From Kineosporiaceae bacterium (GTDB lineage: Bacteria > Actinomycetota > Actinomycetes > Actinomycetales > Kineosporiaceae): 25,518 nt of DNA. Under the pieces are notes generated by a model, which saw only the letters and a list, made by a program, of their open reading frames with translations, had not been told where the DNA came from and ran no database searches. Shown here one piece after another: positions 7,207 to 15,672 of the stretch. Both the position numbers and the translations under genes were made by a program. The stretch covers positions 1 to 25,518 of the forward strand of contig JARRQM010000006.1 of assembly GCA_037381765.1 (NCBI GenBank). The letters are read 5' to 3'. Each line of letters opens with the position of its first letter. The stretch's first letter is position 1.

Positions 7207-8465
7207 CCCATCCCCGTCCGGCCGCGCTCCGCGGCCATCCCCGTCCGGCCTCGCTCTGCGGCCTGATCCGTCCGGCCGCGCTCCGCGGCCTGATCCGACA
7301 TGAACTCCTGGAGTTGCCGGGCGTACCGGTCGGTTCCGAACCGGGACCTCGCCCGGACCTGGCCGGTGGCGGCCAGGCGACGTGCCCACGGCCAGTCCGC
7401 CACGAGCCGTTCCACCGCACCGGCCAGCGCTACCGCATCACCGGCCGGGACCACCAATCCCGACCGGGTGTCCTCGACGATCTCCGGCAGCCCCTGGGCG
7501 TCGGAGGAAATCACCGGGCGACCCGCGAGCATCCCCTCCACCGCGACGTTGCCGAAGGGTTCCCACCGGGAGGGAACCAGGACGATGTCCGCGGCCCCGT
7601 GCAACCCCCACACGTCGGGGACGAAACCGCCGAAGGTGACCCGGTCGGTCAGACCCGCCCGCGTGACCTGATCCCGCAGACCCTCGACGTACCCGTCGTA
7701 TCCGGCGGCGGCGTCCCCGGCCAGGGTGAGCCGCGCGCCGATTCCGCGCTCCCCCAACAGGCGCAGCGCCTCCACGGCGACGTCGCTGCCCTTGCGGTGC
7801 GCGAGCCGGCCGACGAGCAGCAACCGGACGTCGCCGTCCAGCCGGTCGCGCAGCGGCGCGGGGTCGGCGGCGGGCCCGGGAACCCCGTTGTGCACGACCC
7901 GGATCCGACCGGCCAGCCGCCGGTCGGAGCGCACCAGGACGCCGCGGGCGGCCTCGCTGTTCGCCAGCACCGACCGGGCCAGACGCAGCGGGACCGCGAG
8001 CATCCACCGGACGAGCGCGGGAACGGCCTCCTCCGCCTCATGCACATGGCAGATCGCGGGGATCCCGGCCGACCGGGCGACCAGTAGCCACGCGGGCACC
8101 GTCACCGTGTTCACGTACACCAGATCCGGGCGTTCGACGTGGACCAGCCGTCGTGCGGCAAGAACCCCGCGCACCGTGTCACGGACGAAGCGGGACAGGC
8201 CGCGGACGGTGAACATCCCCTTGTGCAGCATGGGCAGGGCCAGCACCTCGGTCCTCGCCCCGGCCTCCCGGCAGGCACCGACCAGCGGCCCGTCCCGGCC
8301 GAGCGCAACGTGCAGATCCCAGTGCGGGGCCAGGGCACGGACCGACTGCACGAGCATCCGATCGCACCCGTAGAGCTCGGCCGAGGGGTGCACGAGCAGC
8401 AGCCGGCGACCAGACGCCGGCTGCTGCGCCGCACGTCGCCAGGGACGTTCCGGGAGCCAACGCAC
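7203..8465 (-). CDS. GT4-family (GT-B) glycosyltransferase, about 420 aa; start uncertain
   Basis: LLVHPSAELYGCDRML, VGRLAHRKG, and VPSRWEPFGNVAVEGMLAGRPVI (E-x7-E). GTG 8465 was chosen as the nearest plausible start; no clear RBS. Confidence 0.85.
   Translation of the reverse strand: MRWLPERPWRRAAQQPASGRRLLLVHPSAELYGCDRMLVQSVRALAPHWDLHVALGRDGPLVGACREAGARTEVLALPMLHKGMFTVRGLSRFVRDTVRGVLAARRLVHVERPDLVYVNTVTVPAWLLVARSAGIPAICHVHEAEEAVPALVRWMLAVPLRLARSVLANSEAARGVLVRSDRRLAGRIRVVHNGVPGPAADPAPLRDRLDGDVRLLLVGRLAHRKGSDVAVEALRLLGERGIGARLTLAGDAAAGYDGYVEGLRDQVTRAGLTDRVTFGGFVPDVWGLHGAADIVLVPSRWEPFGNVAVEGMLAGRPVISSDAQGLPEIVEDTRSGLVVPAGDAVALAGAVERLVADWPWARRLAATGQVRARSRFGTDRYARQLQEFMSDQAAERGRTDQAAERGRTGMAAERGRTGMG
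7208..7297. repeat. About 3.3 tandem 27-bp units coding xxAAERGRT at the GT4 C-terminus
   Basis: Units at 7208, 7235 and 7262, plus a partial copy at 7289. Confidence 0.9.
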
Positions 8466-8651
8466 CGTCGCACGGTAACCACCGCACGGACCGGCCCGGA
8501 GCCGAACGCCGACCGGTGAGGGAAAACCCGCAGCACCACCGGATGGGGCCGTCCAGAGTCCCCTCAGCCTTGCCGACGGCACCTCGGCGACCGTACGGGG
8601 CACCGCACACTCGGGCTACCTGCACCCAGTTCGTCGCCACAGGGGGGGACC

Positions 8652-9746
8652 ATGCGAATCGCCATGATCGGAACGCGCGGAGTACCCGCGCGCTACGGCG
8701 GTTTCGAGACGGCCGTCGAGGAGATCGGCCGCCGCCTGGTGGAACGGGGCCACGAAGTGGTCGTGTACTGCCGCGGCGAGAACCGTTCCCCGACCTACCT
8801 CGGCATGCACCGGGTGCACCTGCCCGCCGTCCGCATCCGCAGCCTGGAAACCCTCAGCCACAGCATGCTGTCCGCCGCGCACCTGATCGCCCGGCGCGCC
8901 GATGTGGCTGTCGTCTTCAACGCCGCGAACGCGCCGATCCTGCCCGCGCTCAAGGCCATCCGGGTCCCCGCGGTGGTCCACGTCGACGGGATGGAATGGA
9001 AGCGCGACAAGTGGGGCCCCACCGGGAAGCGCTACTACCGGCTCAGCGAGCGGCTGTCCGTGCGCTGGGCGAGCGCCCTGATCACCGACTCACTCGGGAT
9101 CCAGGAGTACTACCGGCAGACGTACGCGACCGCACCGACCTACCTCGCCTACGGCGCCCCCGTCCTCACCGACCCCGCCCGGCACCGGCTCGCCGAACAC
9201 GGCCTGGAGTCCGGCGGCTACCACCTGGTCGTCGCGCGGCTGGAACCGGAGAACAACGTCCACCTCATCATCCGCGGGTACCGGCGCAGCGGCTCCGGTC
9301 TCCCCCTGGTCGTGGTCGGCTCGGTGCCCTACCCCGGGCCGTACCAGCGCAGCCTGCAGCTGCTCGCCCGGTCCGGCGGGGTGCGCATGTTCGGCGCCGT
9401 CTGGGACCAGGAACTACTCAACGCCCTCTACGCGGGGGCGACGAGCTACCTGCACGGCCACTCCGTCGGCGGGACGAACCCGTCGCTGCTGCGGGCGATG
9501 GCCGCCGCGGCCCCGGTGATCTGCTACGACGTCGCCTTCAACCGGGAAGTCGTCGACGGCAACGGCCTGTACTTCGACGGAGTCGACAGTCTGGCCGCCG
9601 CGATCCGCGAGGCCGAGGCCGAACCCCGGCTCAACCGCAAGAGGGGCGACCAGGGCCGGGAAGACGTCACCCAGCGGTTCCGCTGGGACCAGGTCACCGA
9701 CGGCTACGAGCGGCTGTGCCGCTCCCTCGTCCCGGACCCGCAGTGA
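8652..9746 (+). CDS. DUF1972-containing GT4 glycosyltransferase (WchF-like), 364 aa
   Basis: G-rich RBS. MRIAMIGTRGVPARYGGFETAVEE, VHVDGMEWKRDKWG, VARLEPENNVH and HGHSVGGTNPSLLRAM are typical of this family. Confidence 0.9.
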   Translation: MRIAMIGTRGVPARYGGFETAVEEIGRRLVERGHEVVVYCRGENRSPTYLGMHRVHLPAVRIRSLETLSHSMLSAAHLIARRADVAVVFNAANAPILPALKAIRVPAVVHVDGMEWKRDKWGPTGKRYYRLSERLSVRWASALITDSLGIQEYYRQTYATAPTYLAYGAPVLTDPARHRLAEHGLESGGYHLVVARLEPENNVHLIIRGYRRSGSGLPLVVVGSVPYPGPYQRSLQLLARSGGVRMFGAVWDQELLNALYAGATSYLHGHSVGGTNPSLLRAMAAAAPVICYDVAFNREVVDGNGLYFDGVDSLAAAIREAEAEPRLNRKRGDQGREDVTQRFRWDQVTDGYERLCRSLVPDPQ

Positions 9747-11043
9747 ACCGACCGGTTCCGCCGGCCCCCGCCCCGGGGGACCGGGCAACCACCTCCCTCC
9801 CCCGTCCCGTCGCCGTGACCAGCCGGCCCCTGCTCGCCGTCCTCGCCGTGGCGCTGATGATCGGCAGCGACCTCAAGGTCCGGGTCCGGGACCCGACGAG
9901 TGCCGTGTCCGGGCAGCTCGACGCCGCCGTCCTGGTCGAGATCGCCCTGTTCGCGGCCGTCGCCGCCCTCGTCATCGGGCTCTACCCCGCACGTCTTCCC
10001 TCCCCCGGCCGGATCACCCTGGTGCAGGGCCTGACCGCACTCTTCGTCGCCGATCTGCTGCTGTCGGCGGTCTACTCACCGTTCCCCGCCCTGGCCGCCG
10101 TCCGGATGGCGGAGCTGCTGGTCTGGGCCGCCCTCGCGGTCAGGCTGGGGGATATCGGCGGGCTGCCCACCCTGCACCGGGTCGCCCACGGGTACATCGT
10201 CGCGGCCACGGCGGCCGTCGGCGTCGGAATCGCCTTCAGGCGGCCGGCCGTCGGCCTGGAACCCGACCGGTTCAGCTGGTTGAGCGTGCACCCCGTGGTC
10301 GCGGCCTCCTGGCTGGGGATCAGCGCCGTCCTGCTGCTGTCCTACCTGCTCACCGGTGCGCAACCGCACGGCGGGAGAATCTGGCACCCGAACGTCTACC
10401 TGCTGCTGTTCACGGTGCACGTCGCGGCGCTCATCGCGACGCACACCCGGGGGGCGCTCGCCGGCTTCGTCGCCGCCGCCCTCACCGTGATCGCCGGCCG
10501 GGTCTCGCTGCGGCGCAGGGCCGAATTCCTCGTCATCGGCACCGCCCTGGTGGTCGTCACCTGGCTGATCGCCGCGACCCCGTTACGGGAGTACCTCGCC
10601 CGGGGCGAGAGCGCGGCCCGTCTGGCCACCTTGAACGGCCGCACCCAGCTGTGGGAGCTGTCCTGGGCGCCCGCCCAGGACCGCCTCTGGTTCGGCATGG
10701 CCTCACCGCCTCACGCGGGTTGTTCCTCGACCGGACCGGCCTCGGCGGGGCGCACAACGCCGTGCAGAACCTCCTGGTCGATCAGGGGGTCCTCGGCCTG
10801 TTCCTCTACCTGACGCTGTGCCTGGCCCTGCTGGTCCTCCTCACCCGGCCGCCATCGGTCCATGCCGCCGAACACGCCCTCCCGGCCCGCGGGGTCCTCA
10901 CCTTCCTGCTCGTGCACGGCCTCACCGTGGAGTACATGGTCGCCCCGGTGACGGCCTCCTTCACCTGGTTCCTCCTGGTCGCCGTCTGGGCGGGATCGAT
11001 CCACCGCCTGACGGACGCACATCCCTCCCCCGGAAAGGACTGA
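9743..11043 (+). pseudogene. Wzy/O-antigen-ligase-like membrane protein with a 1-bp frameshift near 10696 (433 aa if restored)
   Basis: GTG 9743 overlaps the GT stop (GTGA). Multi-TM protein with IATHTRGAL and LNGRTQLWE. At TTCGGCATGGCC one added C restores WFG-HGLTASRGLFLDRTGLGGAHNAVQNLLVDQGVLG, the Wzy_C G.G...HN..L..L...G..G pattern, in the frame of ORF 10651-11043. Confidence 0.8.
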
Positions 11044-11044
11044 C

Positions 11045-11953
11045 ATGCTCTTTCCCGTCCGCCTCATCGCGGGCAGGTGGCCCCGTGCCGTCGAACGCCC
11101 GCTGCGCCGCTTCACCTGGCTCGACCCCCGCCTCGTCCAGGATCCCGGCACGGACCCGGCGACCTTCAGCCGGGCGATGGCCGCCTTCGCCGTCGGCTCC
11201 ACCCGGAAGATCACCGGCTCGGGCCGGCACGCCGCGGCGGACGCCCTGCTGCTGGAGCACCTGGACCTGTCCGGTGCCGTCATCGTCGACATCGGGGCCT
11301 CCGACGGGAGTACCTCGGTCGAGCTGGCGACACGGCTCGACGGCTTCGCCCGGTACCTGATCGCCGACCTCTACCTGGAGGTGCACGCCGTCCGCACCCG
11401 GCGGCACACCGTCTTCCTGGACGGGGCGGGGACGGTCGTGGTCGTCGCCGGACCGCGGACGGTGGCCTGGCCCGCACTGTCCCCTCTGGTGGCCCTGCTC
11501 TACCGGCCCACCCTGGCCCGGGCCTCCCGGTTGTGGCGATCCGGCTCCGACGTCCGAACGGTCCCCCTGGTCAACCCGGCGACACGGGACCTCCTGGCCG
11601 GCGACCCCCGGCTCGAGCTGCGCACCCACGACATCTTCACACCCTGGTCGGGTCCGCGTCCGGACCTGATCAAGGTCGCCAACGTGCTGCGCCGCCTGTA
11701 CTTCACCGACAGCCGCATCCTGGCCGCACTCACCGTGATCCTCGGCGATCTCCCCGACGGCGGCCATCTGTTGCTCGTCGACAACCCCCGGGTGAACCCG
11801 CCGACCGAGGACCGCGGATGCCTCTACCGCAAGGACGGCGACCGCTTCACCCTGGTGGGCCGGACCGGACAACCCACGGAGGTACACGAACTCGTCCTGC
11901 GGGTCCGGGAACCTCGGACCCGGCAGGTCCAGGCCCGGGAGGCGCACCGATGA
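11045..11953 (+). CDS. Class I SAM-dependent methyltransferase-like protein (CheR-like C-terminal motifs), 302 aa
   Basis: Motif I VIVDIGASDGSTS, acidic IADL, then HDIF, PDLIKVANVL..YF and LPDGGHLLL. ATG 1 nt after the wzy stop. Confidence 0.65.
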   Translation: MLFPVRLIAGRWPRAVERPLRRFTWLDPRLVQDPGTDPATFSRAMAAFAVGSTRKITGSGRHAAADALLLEHLDLSGAVIVDIGASDGSTSVELATRLDGFARYLIADLYLEVHAVRTRRHTVFLDGAGTVVVVAGPRTVAWPALSPLVALLYRPTLARASRLWRSGSDVRTVPLVNPATRDLLAGDPRLELRTHDIFTPWSGPRPDLIKVANVLRRLYFTDSRILAALTVILGDLPDGGHLLLVDNPRVNPPTEDRGCLYRKDGDRFTLVGRTGQPTEVHELVLRVREPRTRQVQAREAHR

Positions 11954-12495
11954 GACGTCCTGTGCCGGTACTGCCGGTCCCGCTGCTACTGACCCCACTG
12001 CTGGTGGCCCTGGTGCTACTGGCCCCGACCTCCTGCTCCGGCCACCGGCCCGCGGGTACCGCCGCACCGGCGACCTCCACGGCGCCCACGACCGCGGCGG
12101 ACTCCCCACCGCCCACCTCCGCGGACACCTCCCCGCCCGGGACGAGCCACGGCACGCCACCGGGTACCTCCCCGCGGGACTCCGGCAGTGCCGCCCCCGA
12201 ACAGCGGATCACCGAGCTCAGCACCGAAGGAGGGGTCGCCTCCGTGGTCATCGAGCTGTCCGCGGAAGGCACGGTGGACCGTCCGCGGACCGAGCGGATC
12301 GCGGCGGGGCAGACCCTCCGGCTCGTCGTCGTCTCCCCCACGGCCGCCCACCTGACCGGCACGGGTCTCGGAGTGGATATCGACATCCCGGCGGGCGCAC
12401 CCACCGCGGTGGACGTGGTGTCCTTCACGCCGGGCACCTACACCGTCACGACCGGGCGCGGGGCCACCATCCTCACGGTGACCGTGCACGACTGA
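11950..12495 (+). CDS. Putative lipoprotein with P/T/S linker and cupredoxin-like C-terminal domain (181 aa)
   Basis: ATGA overlap with the upstream stop. Basic N-terminus, hydrophobic stretch and Cys (LLAPTSC, imperfect lipobox), low-complexity linker, then GQTLRLVV...VDIDIPAG...TPGTYTV. Confidence 0.6.
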   Translation: MRRPVPVLPVPLLLTPLLVALVLLAPTSCSGHRPAGTAAPATSTAPTTAADSPPPTSADTSPPGTSHGTPPGTSPRDSGSAAPEQRITELSTEGGVASVVIELSAEGTVDRPRTERIAAGQTLRLVVVSPTAAHLTGTGLGVDIDIPAGAPTAVDVVSFTPGTYTVTTGRGATILTVTVHD

Positions 12496-12504
12496 CCCAC
12501 TCCT

Positions 12505-12625
12505 ACACCTCTGCCCAAATATCTTCCAGAAACGCCGAAGTCAATAAGGCATATTTCACACTTTGTATTCCGTACGAATTCAGGTCACCGGGATGTCATA
12601 CAGAAGTAGAGATGATCACAAAACC
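12505..12625. promoter_or_regulatory. AT-rich intergenic segment, probable promoter region of the LAL regulator
   Basis: 12511-12620 is 47/110 G+C (43%) by hand count, in an otherwise very GC-rich window. Confidence 0.5.
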
Positions 12626-12755
12626 GACCCGACTCGACCCTTCTGCCCGGTTCTGGCGACCGCAAACCCCGCGGAAAGGCTGCGGCCGCCGGCCGGGGGC
12701 CCCTGAGGGGCGGTCCCGACCCGTCGAACGCACCGTCGACAGGGAGCAGTCCGCC

Positions 12756-15668
12756 ATGAGGCACGGCCCCCCGCGGGAAGAGCAACGGTCCCGGACGGGC
12801 CCGACCCCGACCACCGGCCCCCCGGAGCCGACCGGCAGGGAACGCGAGCTCGCCCAACTGCGCGACTTCGTCCCCGACCTCGCCGCGGGCCGGGGCGGCC
12901 TGGTCCTGCTCACCGGCCCGACCGGGATCGGCAAGACCTACCTGGCCCACACCTTCCTGCAGGATCTACCGCCGTCGGTGCTGACCGTCACCACCAGCCC
13001 CTTGGGCTACCTGCGCACCCCCGGTCTGTGGCCGGTGCACCAGATCGCCCGGGCCCTGCTGCCGCACGGCCCGGACAGCACCCGGCAGGAATTCGCCCGG
13101 CTGACCGACGACCCCGGCCGGGACGAACTCCCGGAGATCGTTCTCGTCGAACGCATGGTCGAACTGCTCACCGCACTCACCGCGGCCGGTCCGGTCACCG
13201 CCCTACTGGACGACCTGGACCGGGCCGACCCCCAGACCGTCGCCGTCATCGAGGCACTCAGCGAACGGCTGGACACCCATCCCCTCCTGCTACTCGCCTG
13301 CGCGCGCACCGGCGACGCCACCGACCCCGCGCCGGAACAGGCCCTGCGGCGCCTCCGCGGACGCCCGCACACGCTCGCGCTGCACCTGACCGGCCTCGCC
13401 CAGAACGTCATCGAGCACCTCATCGGCACGGTCCGCACCGAGATCGGACCCGACGACCGCCGGGAGATCGCCCGGGTCAGTGCCGGGAACCCCCTGCTCT
13501 CCCAAGAGTTGGCCCACCTGTGGGCGGCCCAACGACGGATCGCCGATTGCGGGGGGCCGGAGCCCCGGGTACCGGCCAGCGCCACCCTGCGCGAACTCGT
13601 CGCCGAACGCCTCGCCTCGGTGGACGCCGACGAGGTCCTCGCCCCGCTCGCCGTCCTCGGCCGCCCGGCGACGCTGTCCCTCCTCGCCGAGGCCGGCGGG
13701 GTCCCCGCACCCGCCGTCCGACGCGTGGTCGAACGGGCGTCCGCGGTCGGACTGGTGACGGTCGAGGGCACGCTCGGCGACCTACGGATGGCACACCCCG
13801 TGTTCGGCGACGTGCTGCGGGAGCGGCTCACGATCCACCTGCGCCTGGCAGATCTGTTCGACCGCTCGCCGGCAGTTCCCGGACCCCATCACGTGGAACG
13901 CGCCCGACACCTCATCGCCGCCGGTGACGACACCGCAGCCACCGCCGCCGCCTGCCTGGCCGCGGCCCGGTACGAGGAGAGTGTGGGAGACCTTCCCTCC
14001 GCACGGGAACTGCTCGCCTACGCCCTGGACACCTGCGACAGCGACCAACCCACCCGGGTTCACCTGCTGCGCCTGTACGGCCGGTGCCTGGCCCGCACCG
14101 GGCGGGGTCCCGAGGCCCGCCACCAGCTCCTGCGCGCCGTGCACACCGCGCGGCTGACGACCGACGCCGACCTGCTCGCCGCGGCCGTCCTCGACCTCAC
14201 CGCCGCTGACGACGGGAGCGCCGACCGGGAACGGACCGTCGACCTGCTGCAGGACTGCCTGGCCGGCCCCGCCGGTACCCGGCCCGGGCCGACCAGGGCG
14301 CTGCTGCTCGCCCGGATGTCCTCGCTGGTGCACCTATCCGATCCGCAGCGCGCCTGGCACCTGGCCCAGGAGGCCGTCAGTTCCGCGGGGAACGATCGGA
14401 AGGCCGTACGCGAGGCGAACCAGGCTCTCGCCCTCGTCGCGAACGGGGTCACGCACCTCCCGCAGACCGAACGGATCCGCAGCCTGCTCACCGCACGGGG
14501 CCACGTCCCGCGCGCCGACTCGTTCGCGGCCTTCCTCGGTCCCGCACTGATCCGCGGCGACCGCGCGGCCGTCGAGCACTACCTGGCCCGCATCGACGAA
14601 GACGCCGCGCACCGCCCGGGACGACGCCCCCGCGGCCTGCTGGCCGTGGCCCGACTCGGCCTCGCCGTGGCGGACGCCGACGCCGGGGCCGTCACCACCC
14701 TCCTGCACGAGGTGGGCCGCAGCCCGCTCGTCGACGTCCGGATGCTCGCCGTCGTGCTGCACATGTTCTGGCAGCTGCACACCGGTGCCGGTGCCGCAGC
14801 CGTTCCCGGCGCTCGCCCACGGACCGGCCGCGCGGCACCGGACAGCAGGGCCGCCCCGTCCGCCGAACTCGCCGACCTGCTCGCGGTGACCCGGTCCGCG
14901 GTCCTCGCCGCCCGCGCGGATCCGGAGGCGACCACCTGGTTGCGGTCCCGGCTGGACCGGAAATGCCCGCTCCTCACCGCGATGCCGGGCCCGGTGCAGG
15001 ACCTCGCCTGGGCTGTCTCCGCCTTCGCCGGCCAAGTACTCGGCAACCAGGACTGCAGCCGTGGCGCCCTGGCCCACTTCACCGACCACGAAGACACCTT
15101 CGTCACCGTGTCGACGGCCCTGATCGGGCCCGTCGGCTGGTTCTCGGCACTGGCGCACGAGACACTCGGGCAGATCCCGGAAGGATTGCGCGCCAACGCA
15201 CGGGCCATGGAGCTCAGCCGCCGGTTCGACTCCCCCACCTGGACGGCCCGGTGCCTGATCCAACGTTCCCGGCTGCTCGCCGCCTCCGGCTCCCCGGACG
15301 CCGCGGGTCCGGCCACCGAGGCGGTCGCCCTGGCCCGGGCCCTGCAGCTGGCCGGGCTCACTGCAGAGGCGGAGCGGGGCCTGGAGGCGCTGCGTCCGCC
15401 CACCCACCCGTTGGACGACCGCCAGCTCGAACTGCTGCGGCTCGCCGGGGACGGGCTGCGCAACGATCAGATCGCCGGGCGGTTGTTCGTCTCGACGGCG
15501 ACGGTGGAGCGCCACTTCAGCCAGATCTACCGCACGATCGGGGTGCCGAACCGTGCCGCCGCGGTCCAGTGGCTGTCCTCGCACGTCCCCGCCGCCCCCG
15601 CGCCGGACGCGGGGACCGGGGGCGGCACCCCGACCCCGGGAAACGTTCGGGCGCGACCACTAGGCTGA
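12756..15668 (+). CDS. LAL-type regulator: AAA/STAND ATPase + helical region + LuxR HTH (about 970 aa)
   Basis: Walker A GPTGIGKT, Walker B LLDDLDRAD, SAGNPLL, C-terminal LDDRQLELLRLAGDGLRNDQIAGRLFVSTATVERHFSQIY. AGGGAG lies 9 nt before ATG 12756; ATG 12612 is an alternative start. Confidence 0.9.
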   Translation: MRHGPPREEQRSRTGPTPTTGPPEPTGRERELAQLRDFVPDLAAGRGGLVLLTGPTGIGKTYLAHTFLQDLPPSVLTVTTSPLGYLRTPGLWPVHQIARALLPHGPDSTRQEFARLTDDPGRDELPEIVLVERMVELLTALTAAGPVTALLDDLDRADPQTVAVIEALSERLDTHPLLLLACARTGDATDPAPEQALRRLRGRPHTLALHLTGLAQNVIEHLIGTVRTEIGPDDRREIARVSAGNPLLSQELAHLWAAQRRIADCGGPEPRVPASATLRELVAERLASVDADEVLAPLAVLGRPATLSLLAEAGGVPAPAVRRVVERASAVGLVTVEGTLGDLRMAHPVFGDVLRERLTIHLRLADLFDRSPAVPGPHHVERARHLIAAGDDTAATAAACLAAARYEESVGDLPSARELLAYALDTCDSDQPTRVHLLRLYGRCLARTGRGPEARHQLLRAVHTARLTTDADLLAAAVLDLTAADDGSADRERTVDLLQDCLAGPAGTRPGPTRALLLARMSSLVHLSDPQRAWHLAQEAVSSAGNDRKAVREANQALALVANGVTHLPQTERIRSLLTARGHVPRADSFAAFLGPALIRGDRAAVEHYLARIDEDAAHRPGRRPRGLLAVARLGLAVADADAGAVTTLLHEVGRSPLVDVRMLAVVLHMFWQLHTGAGAAAVPGARPRTGRAAPDSRAAPSAELADLLAVTRSAVLAARADPEATTWLRSRLDRKCPLLTAMPGPVQDLAWAVSAFAGQVLGNQDCSRGALAHFTDHEDTFVTVSTALIGPVGWFSALAHETLGQIPEGLRANARAMELSRRFDSPTWTARCLIQRSRLLAASGSPDAAGPATEAVALARALQLAGLTAEAERGLEALRPPTHPLDDRQLELLRLAGDGLRNDQIAGRLFVSTATVERHFSQIYRTIGVPNRAAAVQWLSSHVPAAPAPDAGTGGGTPTPGNVRARPLG

Positions 15669-15672
15669 TCCG

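Noticed and set aside
8516-8580. AGGGAAAACC...GGGGCCG segment as a c-di-GMP-I riboswitch
   Set aside because: Only the first short motif resembles the consensus. The GCAAAGC element, tetraloop/receptor and P1 pairing could not be found.
8516-10813. 765-aa ORF as a GT-polymerase fusion
   Set aside because: The N-terminal part is an alternative frame of the DUF1972 gene. The membrane protein starts at GTG 9743.
11077-12495. 472-aa ORF
   Set aside because: The N-terminal 291 codons shadow the methyltransferase. The lipoprotein begins at ATG 11950.
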